Assembly: GCF_019449565.1 (NCBI RefSeq)
Contig: NZ_JAGRPM010000019.1
Span: 12,838 to 76,837 of the forward strand
Length of the DNA stretch: 64,000 nucleotides
Direction: 5' to 3'
Source of the DNA: Rhodoblastus sp.
Lineage (GTDB): Bacteria > Pseudomonadota > Alphaproteobacteria > Rhizobiales > Beijerinckiaceae
A model generated the notes under the pieces. It did not search any database. It saw only the letters and a program-made list of their open reading frames with translations, and was not told where the DNA came from. The first letter of the stretch is position 1, and each line of letters begins with the position of its first letter. Positions 9,141-19,728 of this stretch are shown piece after piece. The position numbers were made by a program, and so were the translations under genes.

Positions 9141-10040
9141 ATGCTGTCGGATTGGAACAGGCTCCAGAGGCTGTTCGCCATGGTTGAAAAATCTTCGCCC
9201 TTCCTGACGGGTTTCGCGCAAATCCACCCGGCGCTTGGCATATTGCGTCACGCCGCGCTGCTCGCAGAAGCCGACGCCGCGCCGGATGACGAAGAGTTGG
9301 ACCTGCTCTACCAGCAGGCCGACGCCGGCTTTCTCCTTGATACGGAGCCGGCAGACATCTGGCCCGAACTCGCGCGTGGCCTGATGGGGCGTGCGCCATC
9401 GAAAATGCTGGCCAATCTGCGGGAATGCCGGGCGCTGGAGCAAATCCTGCCCGAGGTCGAGGATTTGTTCGGCGTCCCGCTGCTCTCGGACGAGCCGGCC
9501 GAAGTAGACCTTGGCGATCACGTGCTGAAATCGCTCGACGAGGCGGCGAGCGCCGGCGCTGGACTGAGCGTGCGCTTCGCGCTGCTGACCATGCATGTCG
9601 GCAAATCGGATTCGCCGCGCGAACATCTGCCTATTCATTACAAGCATATCGAGCGGGCCCGCCCGCGCATCGAAGCCATCGCGGCGCGCTTCGACGTCGC
9701 GCCCGAATGTCGCGATCTTGCGCTACAGGCTCTGGCCGAATGCGAGAGGGTCCATCGCGTCTCGAAGATGCGCGCCGGGCCGGTCGCCCTCATGCTGGAA
9801 CGGCTGGGCGCCTTCGACACGCCGGAGATATTCGCGCATCTGTTGGCGGTCTGCGCCTGTGATTTCCGCGCCTTTCCAGGGCGCTCGGGCTTGCCTTATC
9901 CCAAGGCGGAGTTGTTGGAGTTGGCGCTCGGCGCCTGCGCGGATATCGCTCCCGGCGCGTCCGAGGCCGTACAGGAAGCCCGCGCTATGGCAATCGCGCG
10001 GGCGTTCCGTTCGTTGCGATGGGAAGACGAGGCCGATTAG
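9141..10040 (+). CDS. CCA-adding-enzyme-like protein lacking the N-terminal nucleotidyltransferase head (start uncertain)
   Basis: ERIWxEL-like 'ADIWPELARGL', ALEQILPEVEDLFGVP, DLGDH, VRFALLTMHVGK and ACDFRAFPG resemble the body/HD/tail region of Cca. No head-domain motifs are visible. Confidence 0.65.
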   Translation: MLSDWNRLQRLFAMVEKSSPFLTGFAQIHPALGILRHAALLAEADAAPDDEELDLLYQQADAGFLLDTEPADIWPELARGLMGRAPSKMLANLRECRALEQILPEVEDLFGVPLLSDEPAEVDLGDHVLKSLDEAASAGAGLSVRFALLTMHVGKSDSPREHLPIHYKHIERARPRIEAIAARFDVAPECRDLALQALAECERVHRVSKMRAGPVALMLERLGAFDTPEIFAHLLAVCACDFRAFPGRSGLPYPKAELLELALGACADIAPGASEAVQEARAMAIARAFRSLRWEDEAD

Positions 10041-13000
10041 GCTTCTTTCGGCGCCGGCTCGGGGGAGGCGGGCTGCGCGCCCTTCTTCTTCGCCTTGCGC
10101 AATTCCTCGAAACGCTGCAGCACGGCGAAGAAGGACGGCACAAACAATACGGCCAGACAGGTCGAGGCGATCATGCCGCTGAACACGCTGATGCCGAGCG
10201 AGCGTCGGGCGTTGGCGCCCGCGCCAGTGGCGAGCACCAGAGGCAGCACGCCGAGGATAAAGGCGAAGGACGTCATCAGAATTGGGCGAAAGCGAACCCG
10301 CGAGGCCTCGGTCGCCGCGTCGGCAATGGCCATGCCTTTGAAGACGCGGTTTTCGCGCGCGACTTCGACGATCAGGATGCCGTTCTTCGCCGAAAGCGCG
10401 ATCAGCAGCATCAGGCCGATCTGGGTGTAGAGATTATTGGCGGCGCCCAGACTCGTTAGCGCGACGACCGGGCCGAGTAGGGCCAGCGGCACGGCGGAAA
10501 GAACCGCCAGTGGCAGGATCCAGCTTTCATATTGGCCCGCGAGCACGAGATAGACCAGCAGGATCGACAGGCCGAAAACATAGTAGAGCTGGTTGCCGGT
10601 GATTTTTTCCTGATAGGACATCGCTGTCCATTCGAATGTGACATCCTTGGGCAGCACGCGCTTGGCGATGGCCTCCATGGCGTCGAGCGACTGTCCCGAG
10701 CTGTAACCGCGCGCCGATCCGCCGACGATGGTCGAGGACGGATAGAGATTATAGAGGGTGTCGAGCGCCGGCGCGACCGCTTCGCCGAGATGGGCGACCG
10801 CGCCGAGCGGAACCATATTGCCATCCTGACTGCGCACGTACAGATTCATCAGATCGTCCGGACGCAGGCGGAATTGCGAATCCGCTTGGACATAAATCTG
10901 CAGCGAGAGGCCGTATTTATTGAACTGGTTGACATAGGTCGAGCCGACATAATCGGTGAGGGTCGCAAAGACGTCGCCGACGGAGACGCGCAAGGCCTGC
11001 GCGCGGTCGCGGTCCACGGTGAGCGTCACGCGCGGCGCGTCGTTGCGGAAGGTGGTGAGGACATTCTGCACGGAGGGCTCTTTCTTCGCCTCCGAAACGA
11101 TCTGATTCGTCAGGTCGCCGAGCTTCTGGTAATCCGTGCTGCCGCCGAGCAGTTCGAGCTGCATCTGGAAACCGCCGGCGTTGCCGATGCCCTGGATCGC
11201 GGGCGGGGGCAGGACATGGGCCATTCCGTCTGGCAGGCTCGCGAGCGCGTTCGACAGGGCCTTGTAGATCGAGAGCAGGTCCTGGTCCTTGGCCTTCAGG
11301 CGTTCGTCGAAGGGCTTGAGCATGACCCAGGCCGCGCCCGCGTTGAACAGATCGGCGCTATTGTCGAGCAGAGACATGCCGGAAATGCTGATGACGCGAT
11401 CGACGCCGGGGATTTCCAGCGCCGCCGCCGCGGTCTTCTTCAGCGATTCCGTGGTGCGGCCCATCGCGGCGCCTTCGGGAAGCTGGAGCGCGACCATGAG
11501 ATAGCCCTGGTCGTCGATCGGAATGAAGGCGGTCGGAAGACGGGCGATGCCCCAGATCCCGAGACCGGACACGATCAGCGCAATCACGACCATCAGCCCG
11601 CAGCGGTGAACCATGCGGCTGATGAAATTGGCGTAGCCGCGCTCCATCGGATCATAGATCTTGTTGAAGGCGCGGAAGAAGAAGTTGCGCTGTTCCGGCG
11701 GCGTCGGCGGGCGCAGCCAGAGCGCGCATTGGGTGGGTTTCAGGGTCGCGGCGTTGAGCGCGCTGATCAGCGCGGTCACGGCGATCACCAGCGCGAATTG
11801 TGCGAACATGTTGCCGGTGAGGCCGGGAACGAAGGCGGCCGGAAGAAACACGGCCATCAGCACCAGCGTGATACCGATGATCGGCCCGAATAATTCGTCC
11901 ATCGCCTTGATCGCGGCGTCGTGTCCGGACAGGCCCCGTTCGATATATTTCGTCACGCCTTCGACGATGACGATGGCGTCGTCGACCACGATGCCAATCG
12001 CCAGCACGATGCCGAACAGGGTTGAGAGATTGATGCTGAATCCCAGCGCGGCCATGCCCGCGAAGGCGCCGATGATCGTCACCGGGACCGTGGTCGCGGG
12101 CACCAGCGTCGCGCGGAAATTCTGCAGGAAGACGAGAATGACGACCAGGACGAGGAGGCCGGCTTCATAAAGCGTGCGATAGACCTCGGAAATCGAATCC
12201 TGGACGAAAACCGTGGTGTCGTAAGGGACGGCATATTGCAGGCCGTCGGGGAAGCGCGTGGCCATCTCGGCCATCAGCTTCTTGACTTCCTGCCCGACCT
12301 GAAGGGAGTTCGAATCCGGCGTCTGATAGATGCCAATGCCGGCCGCCGCCTTGCCGTTGACGCGGAAATCCTGTGAATAGGTCTGCGAGCCGAGTTCGAT
12401 CCGCGCGACATCTCTCAAATGGATCAGCCGGCCGCCCTGTGCGGTCTGGTCCTTGATGACGATGCTGGCGAATTCCTCCGGCTCGTTCAGCCGCGATTTC
12501 ACATCGATCGTATATTGGAAGGCGACGTCGCCCGGCGCGGGCGGCGTGCCGGTCTGGCCGGCGGCGATGTTCTGGTTCTGCTCGCGGATTGCGCGGATGA
12601 CGTCCTTCGGCTCCATCCCGAAGCTTTGCAGCTTGCCGGGGTCCATCCAGATGCGCATGGAATAATTGCCGGCGCCGAAGACCTTGACGGCGCCGACGCC
12701 GGGCAGGCGCGCGAGCGCGTCGACCAGATTGATGGTCGCGTAATTGCTCATGTAGAGCGCGTCATATTTGTCGTCGGGCGATTGCAGCGTCACGATCTGC
12801 AAGATCGCAGTGTTCTTCTTCTGGACGCTGACGCCCTGCGACTGCACCGGCTGCGGCAGCGAGGCCAGCGCCAGCTGGACGCGGTTCTGCACCAGCACCT
12901 GGTCGATATTCGGATCCGTGCCGATCTCGAAGGTGACGGTCAGGCTATAGGTGCCGTCCGGCGCGCTGGTCGACTGCATGTAGAGCATGCGGTCGACGCC

Positions 13001-13213
13001 ATTGACCTGCGTCTCAATCGGCAGGGCGACCGTGTTGAGCACGGTCTGGGCGCTGGCGCCGGGATAGCTCGCCGTGACCGCCACGGTGGGCGGCACGACA
13101 TTGGGATATTCGGAAACGGGCAGGCGGAACAGCGACACCGCGCCGATGAGGACGAGCACGATTGCCAGCACATTGGCCAGCACCGGACGCTCGATGAAGA
13201 ATTTGGACATCAT
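10037..13213 (-). CDS. RND efflux permease (HAE1 family)
   Basis: FFIERPVLANV, GIVVDDAIVIVE, KNGILIVE, RFRPILMTSFAF; 1058 aa. Confidence 0.97.
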   Translation of the reverse strand: MMSKFFIERPVLANVLAIVLVLIGAVSLFRLPVSEYPNVVPPTVAVTASYPGASAQTVLNTVALPIETQVNGVDRMLYMQSTSAPDGTYSLTVTFEIGTDPNIDQVLVQNRVQLALASLPQPVQSQGVSVQKKNTAILQIVTLQSPDDKYDALYMSNYATINLVDALARLPGVGAVKVFGAGNYSMRIWMDPGKLQSFGMEPKDVIRAIREQNQNIAAGQTGTPPAPGDVAFQYTIDVKSRLNEPEEFASIVIKDQTAQGGRLIHLRDVARIELGSQTYSQDFRVNGKAAAGIGIYQTPDSNSLQVGQEVKKLMAEMATRFPDGLQYAVPYDTTVFVQDSISEVYRTLYEAGLLVLVVILVFLQNFRATLVPATTVPVTIIGAFAGMAALGFSINLSTLFGIVLAIGIVVDDAIVIVEGVTKYIERGLSGHDAAIKAMDELFGPIIGITLVLMAVFLPAAFVPGLTGNMFAQFALVIAVTALISALNAATLKPTQCALWLRPPTPPEQRNFFFRAFNKIYDPMERGYANFISRMVHRCGLMVVIALIVSGLGIWGIARLPTAFIPIDDQGYLMVALQLPEGAAMGRTTESLKKTAAAALEIPGVDRVISISGMSLLDNSADLFNAGAAWVMLKPFDERLKAKDQDLLSIYKALSNALASLPDGMAHVLPPPAIQGIGNAGGFQMQLELLGGSTDYQKLGDLTNQIVSEAKKEPSVQNVLTTFRNDAPRVTLTVDRDRAQALRVSVGDVFATLTDYVGSTYVNQFNKYGLSLQIYVQADSQFRLRPDDLMNLYVRSQDGNMVPLGAVAHLGEAVAPALDTLYNLYPSSTIVGGSARGYSSGQSLDAMEAIAKRVLPKDVTFEWTAMSYQEKITGNQLYYVFGLSILLVYLVLAGQYESWILPLAVLSAVPLALLGPVVALTSLGAANNLYTQIGLMLLIALSAKNGILIVEVARENRVFKGMAIADAATEASRVRFRPILMTSFAFILGVLPLVLATGAGANARRSLGISVFSGMIASTCLAVLFVPSFFAVLQRFEELRKAKKKGAQPASPEPAPKEA

Positions 13214-13235
13214 CGGCTGGGGTTCCCGTTCCTGG

Positions 13236-14414
13236 CTATTCGGCGCTGGTCAGTTTGGGCGTAACCGTCAGGCCCGGCGACGAGCGCCAGAGTTCGCCGA
13301 TGATGATGCGGTCGTTGCGGTCGATCCCGCTGGTGATTTCCTGCAACGATCCCACGGTCTGGCCGAGCTGCACATAGCGCTTCTCGATGACATTGGCGGC
13401 GTTGACGACAAGCAGGTAGCGCCCGCCTTGGTCCTCCTGTAGCGCGCGTTGGGGCGCCAGCAGGGCGTTCTGGACGACCTTGCCCATCGGCAGGCGCAGC
13501 TTGACGAAAACCCCCGGCAGCAGGGTCCGGTCGGCGTTAGGGAAGATCCCGCGCAGATAGAGCGTGCCGGTGGCGGCGTCGATGGCGGGCGCGACATATT
13601 CCAGCGTTCCCTTGTGCGGGAAGCCTGTTTCGTCGCTGAGCGCCGCCTCGACCGGAATCTTGTGCAGCTCTTCCAGCGTCAAACGGCGCTGGTCGAGATT
13701 GGCGCGGATCTGCAAGGCCTGCTGCGAGCTGATATTGGCGACGGCATAGATTGGATCGAGCTGGGTGATCTGCGCGAGAATGGCGGTCTGGGCGCTGGCG
13801 CCGACCATATTGCCGACATCGATGAGGTGCTTGCCCATCTGGCCGTCATAAGGCGCGCGCACTTCAGTATAGCCGAGATTGAGCTGGGCGAGCGCCACCT
13901 GCGCCTCCGCCGCCAGGATATTCGCTTCGGCGGTCTTCTGCTCATAGACCCAGTGATCGACCTCGACCTGTGAGGTGGCGCGTTGTTTCAGCAGCGCCGT
14001 GTAGCGTCCGACCTCCAGCTTGGCGTGGTCGCGCGCGACCGTGGCGGCTTGAAGCTGGGCCTGGGCCTGTTGCAATTGCGCCTTATATTGATCCTGCTGG
14101 ATGATGAACAGCAGGTCGCCCTTTTTGACGATCGCGCCGTCTTCGAAAAGGATCTGCTCCAGATAGCCCGGCACGCGCGCGACCAGCTTGACCTGGTTGA
14201 CCGCTTCGGCATTGCCGATGATTTCGAGCGTGTCGCTCACGGTCTGCGTCTTGGGCAGCATGACCGGGATGACCGGCGGCGCAGATGGCGCGCCGCTCTG
14301 GGCATGTACTGCAGCCGGGAGCGGATTGGCCAGCGTAGCGAGGAGGGCGAGGGCGGCGGCGCGCGCCGCGCGTTGCGGCGAAGAACGGAAAAGCTTTTTC
14401 ATGGCGATCACCAT
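13236..14414 (-). CDS. RND periplasmic adaptor (MFP)
   Basis: ARVPGYL..I.FEDG..VKKGDLLF, NLGYTEVRAPYDG, IDAATGT. Confidence 0.95.
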   Translation of the reverse strand: MVIAMKKLFRSSPQRAARAAALALLATLANPLPAAVHAQSGAPSAPPVIPVMLPKTQTVSDTLEIIGNAEAVNQVKLVARVPGYLEQILFEDGAIVKKGDLLFIIQQDQYKAQLQQAQAQLQAATVARDHAKLEVGRYTALLKQRATSQVEVDHWVYEQKTAEANILAAEAQVALAQLNLGYTEVRAPYDGQMGKHLIDVGNMVGASAQTAILAQITQLDPIYAVANISSQQALQIRANLDQRRLTLEELHKIPVEAALSDETGFPHKGTLEYVAPAIDAATGTLYLRGIFPNADRTLLPGVFVKLRLPMGKVVQNALLAPQRALQEDQGGRYLLVVNAANVIEKRYVQLGQTVGSLQEITSGIDRNDRIIIGELWRSSPGLTVTPKLTSAE

Positions 14415-16054
14415 TGCGGCGGCCTCACAGTCGGTCCGAGGTCAGACGGGCCAGGCAGCCCGGGCGTCGCCACCGGCTGCTGGCCGGCGGGCGGGAGCAA
14501 TTCGCCCCAATTGGTGCGCGCGCGCATTTCGTCGCGGACGGAATCGTTGACGAAATCCTTGCCCCAGCGGATCTGCCAGCCGCCGCCCATCGCGCGATAG
14601 GCGGTGGTGAGGCTGACGGAGACATTGCCCTCTGCGGCGGCGAGATTGTTCTGCGCCTGATAGAGGTTCTGCTCGGCGGTCAGGACCGTGGTGAAATCAC
14701 GCGTGCCAAGCTGGTACTGGGCGAGGGCGATGGTCAGGGCGTTGCTGGCCGCCGAAACGCTCTTCCTGAGGAAAGCGACCTGCTGGCGACCCTGAATGAA
14801 GCCGCTGAGGCCGTCCTCGACTTCGCGCTGCGCCTTGAGCACGCTGTTCTTGTAATTGGTGAGCAGCGCCTGCAATTCGGCGTCCTGCGCGCGGACATTA
14901 TTGGTGATCTGCCCGTAATTCAGGATCGGCCAGCTGAACGAGGGACCGAAGGCGAAAGTGAGGCTCGGCGAGGTGAACAGCTGGTTGATCTTGTTGCCAT
15001 TGGTGGTGCTGACCAAAGTGCCGAGCGCGCCGCCGAGCGAAAAGGCTGGATAGAGGTCCGCCTGGGCGATGCCGACCTGCGCGCCTTGCGCGATCGCCTT
15101 CAACTCCGCCACGCGGATATCGGGCCGGCGGCGCAGCAGATCGGCTGGAATGCCGACGGCGACGCTGGAGGGGGGCGCCGGAATGCCGCGCGAGCCTTTT
15201 AGCAGGCCGTCGACCGTCTCGGGCGGCTCGCCGAGCAGCACGCGCAGGGCGTTTTGCTGCTTTTGCAATTGGGCGGCATATTGCGGCACCGCCGCTTGCG
15301 TCTGGGCGAGCACGTTTTGGGCCTGATAGACGTCGAGCTCGGAGGTCGCGCCGCCCTTGAAGCGGGCGCGGGCGATGTCCAGCGCCTCCCGCTGCTTGAC
15401 GACATTCGATTGCGCGATGGCGATCTGCGCCTGCAGGGTGCGGATGGCGATGTAATCGCTGGCGACATCGCCGATCAAGGTGACCAGCACGTCGTCATAG
15501 CTGGCGATGGAGGCGAGATAGGCGGCGTCGGCGGATTCGACGCCGTGGCGGAACTTGCCCCAGAGGTCCAGTTCCCAGGTGGCCTGAGCGCCGAGATCGA
15601 CCCGCCAGAATTGCGTCGACAGCGTATTGCTGGGGTTGGAGGTCGCGTCCGTGCGGCTTGGCCGGAGATAATCCGCCGTGCCATTAAGCTGCTGGGTCTG
15701 CGGATAGACTTCGCCGGCGGCCTGTCCCAGCACCGCCCGCGCCTTGAGCACGCGCGCGCCGGCCTCCATCAGGGTCAGGTTCTGGTCATAGGCGATCTCG
15801 ACGAGCCGATTGAGCGTCGGGTCGCGGAAGGCGGTCCACCAGTTGCGGTAGTCCTGACGGCTGGTCTTGACCGCGGGATTGCTGGCTTCGCGCCATTTCC
15901 CGCCAATCGGCGCGTCGGGGATCACGACATTCGGGCCGACCGAACAGGCGGAGAGGGACGTCGCCAGGGCGAGGGCCGACAGAATTGCCATACGGCCGCG
16001 CGGCGCGCCGGCGGATCGGCGCCAGCGCCGGGACATGCCGCGATCTTGCTTCAT
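14408..16054 (-). CDS. NodT-family outer-membrane efflux lipoprotein (true start possibly 15991)
   Basis: LSAC lipobox, WELDLWGK, PADLLRRRPDI, AYRAMGGGW. Confidence 0.95.
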   Translation of the reverse strand: MKQDRGMSRRWRRSAGAPRGRMAILSALALATSLSACSVGPNVVIPDAPIGGKWREASNPAVKTSRQDYRNWWTAFRDPTLNRLVEIAYDQNLTLMEAGARVLKARAVLGQAAGEVYPQTQQLNGTADYLRPSRTDATSNPSNTLSTQFWRVDLGAQATWELDLWGKFRHGVESADAAYLASIASYDDVLVTLIGDVASDYIAIRTLQAQIAIAQSNVVKQREALDIARARFKGGATSELDVYQAQNVLAQTQAAVPQYAAQLQKQQNALRVLLGEPPETVDGLLKGSRGIPAPPSSVAVGIPADLLRRRPDIRVAELKAIAQGAQVGIAQADLYPAFSLGGALGTLVSTTNGNKINQLFTSPSLTFAFGPSFSWPILNYGQITNNVRAQDAELQALLTNYKNSVLKAQREVEDGLSGFIQGRQQVAFLRKSVSAASNALTIALAQYQLGTRDFTTVLTAEQNLYQAQNNLAAAEGNVSVSLTTAYRAMGGGWQIRWGKDFVNDSVRDEMRARTNWGELLPPAGQQPVATPGLPGPSDLGPTVRPPQW

Positions 16055-16296
16055 AAAACTCCGTCCCCGGGGCTCTTAACCGAGCGTCAACTAGTTAGCT
16101 TTTTAATGAAAAACGAATCTCGTGAAATGCTAGGCGCCACTGATCGGACGATCAAGCGGACCTGAGGCTTTGCGCGCAATTCCTGTCACGCGTGTCATTA
16201 GCGCAACAGGCATTTTTTCCCGGTCCGCCATAGATTTAGCATCACGCGACCAGAAAGCCGCGTGATAGCGCGTTGCGCTACGATCCGTATCGCAGG

Positions 16297-17034
16297 TCAG
16301 GCGAGGTAGTCGTGGACGACCTTGCCGAGATCGAGCGTCAGGTCCGCCAGGATATGGGTGGCGGAAACCACCTCCAGCACGGGCAGTTCCGCCACCGGCG
16401 CAAGCGCGTGATGGAACAGCTCCAGCGCCGCCGGGCCGGTCCAGGCGCCTTTGAGGTCGATGTCGGTGAGGTAATATTCGACCAGTTCGCAGATGCGCGG
16501 CGTCCCGTCGACATGCGGGATGATCTTGAGCAGGAAGTTCGGCGCCTCCATCGAGGCCTTCACCGCCGCGAGATCGGCCTGCTTGTGCTTGTAGCCCATG
16601 GTGCCGACGGCCACGCGCACGGGGCCGTAATGCAGCTCGCCGACGAACGTGTCGATCTCGGCTTTCAGGGTCGGGCTGGCCAGCTTTTTCGGGAAGCCCC
16701 ATAATTCGCGCCCGCCCGCGATTGGCGGATGGTCGTCGAGGAACATGCAATGGGTGTAGCCGCCCTTGCGGCCCTTGAAACTCACCGGAATGACCTGCCC
16801 GGTCTCGGTGTAATCGCCGAAGCCGGTTGAATCCGGCATGCGGATGAACTCATATTTGACCAGCGGTTCGTCGACCTGGAGCGGCTCGGGGACAAGCTCG
16901 CGCAGCTTCGCCGGATCGGTCCGATAGGTGATGATGAGATATTCGCGATTGACGAAACGATAGGGCCCGATGGGATAGGCGGGGCTGGTCAGGGGCATGG
17001 CGAATGCCCGGCCGAGTACGTCCTTTTCCTTCAT
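16297..17034 (-). CDS. adc: Acetoacetate decarboxylase
   Basis: [32 protein letters not shown] (Schiff-base Lys), [15 protein letters not shown]. Confidence 0.92.
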   Translation of the reverse strand: MKEKDVLGRAFAMPLTSPAYPIGPYRFVNREYLIITYRTDPAKLRELVPEPLQVDEPLVKYEFIRMPDSTGFGDYTETGQVIPVSFKGRKGGYTHCMFLDDHPPIAGGRELWGFPKKLASPTLKAEIDTFVGELHYGPVRVAVGTMGYKHKQADLAAVKASMEAPNFLLKIIPHVDGTPRICELVEYYLTDIDLKGAWTGPAALELFHHALAPVAELPVLEVVSATHILADLTLDLGKVVHDYLA

Positions 17035-17069
17035 GTCTTGCTCCGTTAGATGGCGGCGTCGGTTGGGCG

Positions 17070-18239
17070 TCAGGCTTCGTGGGAGAAATCGAACACGCGG
17101 AAGCCTTCGCGATTATGCGGGCGTTGCAGAACCTCGGGATGGGAGAGCGCCTTGCGGCCGGCGGCATAGCCGGCGCTCCAATGCTCCTCCATCGTGCGGC
17201 GGGAGAATTCATAATCCTTCGCCGCCCCTTCGTAGTTCTTGGCGTGATAGATCAGATGGACGATGTTATAGACCGACTCATCGGCTTCCTTGGCGAGATA
17301 CGCAACCTCTGGCAACGCGCGAACTTCTTCCGGTAAATGCTCGTAAGCTTGACGGAAAATCCGCCTGAGCCTCTGGGCGTTGAGGACCTGGTGGGTCGCC
17401 TCGCGGGTCCGGCTGGAAAACATGATGTCCTTCTGCCGCACCTCGGCCTCCGAGAGATCGCGAGGCAGCTCGCCGGTGGCGCTCCAGAGATCGACCTGGA
17501 AGGTGAGCGTGTCCTTGCGCGGGCGGGAGTCGAGCACCCATTGCAGCGGCGTGTTGGAGACGATGCCGCCGTCCCAGTAAAACTCGCCGTCGATCTCGGT
17601 GGCCGGAAAGCCCGGCGGCAGCGAGCCGCTCGCCATGATATGGCGGAAGTCGATTCGATGGGTCTTGGTGTCGAAATAGGTGAAATTCCCGTTGCGGACA
17701 TTGACCGCGCCGACGCTGAGGCGGGATTCGCCGGAATTGAGCCGGTCGAAATCGACCAGCCGCTCCAGCGTCGCTTGCAGCGGCGCCACGTCGTAATGGC
17801 TGAGTTGAGCCGGACTCGGCGCGGGCCAGACGAAGGGGGACGGAACGCGCGGGCGGAAGAAGCCAGGCGCTCCCAGAGCCGCCACGCCCATGGCGCGGAA
17901 CTGGTTGAGCGCGCGGTGAACGGTCTCGTTCAGATGTTTGATGCTTGGATTATAAGGCGCGCCGAGCGGCCCGAGCGGTGGCTTGGTCACCGTCTCCCAG
18001 AACTCGCGCAGCTTTTCGACCCTCTTTTCCGGCGCATTGCCCGCGATCAAGGCTGAATTGACGGCCCCGATGGAAATGCCGGAAACCCAATCGGGATGAA
18101 TATCCGCCTCCGCCAGGGCCTGATAAACGCCCGCCTGGTAGGAGCCGAGCGCGCCTCCGCCCTGAAGGACCAGAGCAACCGAGTCGAACTGCTTTTCCGT
18201 GGCGTCACGCCCGGAACGGCGGGTTGAATTCTGGGCCAT
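17070..18239 (-). CDS. Patatin-like phospholipase with DUF3734 C-terminus
   Basis: GGGALG, GISIG nucleophile elbow, [17 protein letters not shown]. Confidence 0.9.
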   Translation of the reverse strand: MAQNSTRRSGRDATEKQFDSVALVLQGGGALGSYQAGVYQALAEADIHPDWVSGISIGAVNSALIAGNAPEKRVEKLREFWETVTKPPLGPLGAPYNPSIKHLNETVHRALNQFRAMGVAALGAPGFFRPRVPSPFVWPAPSPAQLSHYDVAPLQATLERLVDFDRLNSGESRLSVGAVNVRNGNFTYFDTKTHRIDFRHIMASGSLPPGFPATEIDGEFYWDGGIVSNTPLQWVLDSRPRKDTLTFQVDLWSATGELPRDLSEAEVRQKDIMFSSRTREATHQVLNAQRLRRIFRQAYEHLPEEVRALPEVAYLAKEADESVYNIVHLIYHAKNYEGAAKDYEFSRRTMEEHWSAGYAAGRKALSHPEVLQRPHNREGFRVFDFSHEA

Positions 18240-18367
18240 GAACACTCCTGCGCGAGCTGAGTCGCGGCTGAGCCTCGCCTGGATAGTTCTTGGAAACAAG
18301 GCGAAAAATAATTCGGGCCCAAGGTTCTTTTAGAATGACGCGCGGCAGGTTTTGCGCGCGACGCGGC

Positions 18368-19570
18368 CTATTTGCCGCCCGCGTCGATGCCCGGCGGCGC
18401 GTGGCGCCAGGCATAGCCGTGAACCGCCTTGTCATAGCCATAGGAATAGAGCGCCCGCATATAGCTTTGGTCGAAATCTTCCTTGTGCGGGGCTTGGAAT
18501 TCCGGATCGATATAGGCGAGGTTGAAGGCGACATTCGCCTGTTTCACCAGCGAATAGATGCGGTAGAGATCGCCGACGCCGTTGTAATTGATCAGGGTGC
18601 TCACAGCCTTTTGCGCGATTGGCAGGGTGTGGCGGTCAACGTCGCTGAATTCCACCGTTAGACGCGCATTGCGTATGACATAGCCGAAGGCGCTTTTCCG
18701 CTGGTAGCCGGCCAGTTTTCGCGCCTTGCGAAGGTCTACGCCCGGCGGCAGTAAAAACGCCTGGCTGACGGCGCCGCCATCGACATGCAATTCGCGATAG
18801 GCGCGGCCATTGGCCTCGACATCGAACATGACGGGCGGGAAGGCGGCGGGAATCGCGGCCGAGGCGAGCATGATGTGGCGGATCAGGTCCAGTGCGCGCG
18901 GATCGCCGCTCTCGGCGATGGCGCCAATGTTCCAGCGCACGGGCACGCCGGCGTCGAGATCCGTAGTCTGGATGAAGAGCAGCCGTCCCTTGTGATATTC
19001 GGCCGCGATCTTCGCCATTAGGGTTTCGTCGATATGGCGGGAGATGGTCTGAAAGAGCGGCGCCGTGTCGGCGAGGGCGTCGTCGATGATCGCGGCGGAG
19101 AGGATGAAACGCTTCTGGTAGATGTGAGCCGGCGTCACATTGGTATAGACGTCAGTGAGTGCAGAATCATAATCCGAGCCCAGAAAGGCGAAGGGCGCGA
19201 TCAGGGCGCCGGTGCTGACGCCTGTCACCATCTTGAACTGCGGCCGGTCGCCATGCGCGGTCCAGCCCGCGAGCAGCCCGGCCCCAAAGGCGCCGTCGTC
19301 GCCGCCGCCCGAGAGAGCGAGGAAATGGGCGGGCGGAAGAACCGAGCCGCGCTTCAATCCGAGACTTGCGCCTTCGCGGATCAAGCTGCGCTCCAGTTCG
19401 CGGTCCATTTCGGCGGTTTGATCGGCGAAATAACGGGCGTTGGGAATGCCGGGAATCGTCGCGTATGATTTCGCACTGAGGGGCGCGACATCCGGGCGGC
19501 CACTTGGCGCGCAGCCCGACAGGGCAAGCCCGGCGATCAATGCGAGGGCGGAGGCGGCGACCCAGTTCAT
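18368..19570 (-). CDS. Patatin-like phospholipase, probable lipoprotein (start could be up to 19672)
   Basis: LSGC lipobox, LSGGGDDGAFGAG, GVSTG, HVDGG. Confidence 0.88.
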   Translation of the reverse strand: MNWVAASALALIAGLALSGCAPSGRPDVAPLSAKSYATIPGIPNARYFADQTAEMDRELERSLIREGASLGLKRGSVLPPAHFLALSGGGDDGAFGAGLLAGWTAHGDRPQFKMVTGVSTGALIAPFAFLGSDYDSALTDVYTNVTPAHIYQKRFILSAAIIDDALADTAPLFQTISRHIDETLMAKIAAEYHKGRLLFIQTTDLDAGVPVRWNIGAIAESGDPRALDLIRHIMLASAAIPAAFPPVMFDVEANGRAYRELHVDGGAVSQAFLLPPGVDLRKARKLAGYQRKSAFGYVIRNARLTVEFSDVDRHTLPIAQKAVSTLINYNGVGDLYRIYSLVKQANVAFNLAYIDPEFQAPHKEDFDQSYMRALYSYGYDKAVHGYAWRHAPPGIDAGGK

Positions 19571-19728
19571 ACGTGACAAATCGGCGGCTTTCCTTGAGCG
19601 GGCCAAGGTTGGCGCGCCGAGATCCATTGCAAAATGCATCTGATCGATAAACATGGGCGCGGCGGGGGGCAAGTCGCTTTTCTCCGCAAGGCGCCGGCTG
19701 TCGGCAGGCGGGGAGCGAATCGCTGAAC

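Noticed and set aside
10532-15202. Long antisense ORFs (also 1017-2483, 7307-8728, 39679-40965, 46774-48129, 57291-58613)
   Set aside because: Shadow frames opposite well-supported genes, expected in high-GC DNA; no motifs.
16088-16100. TetR-type operator (CAACTAGTTAG) upstream of the RND operon
   Set aside because: Only an 8-bp palindrome, and no regulator gene nearby.
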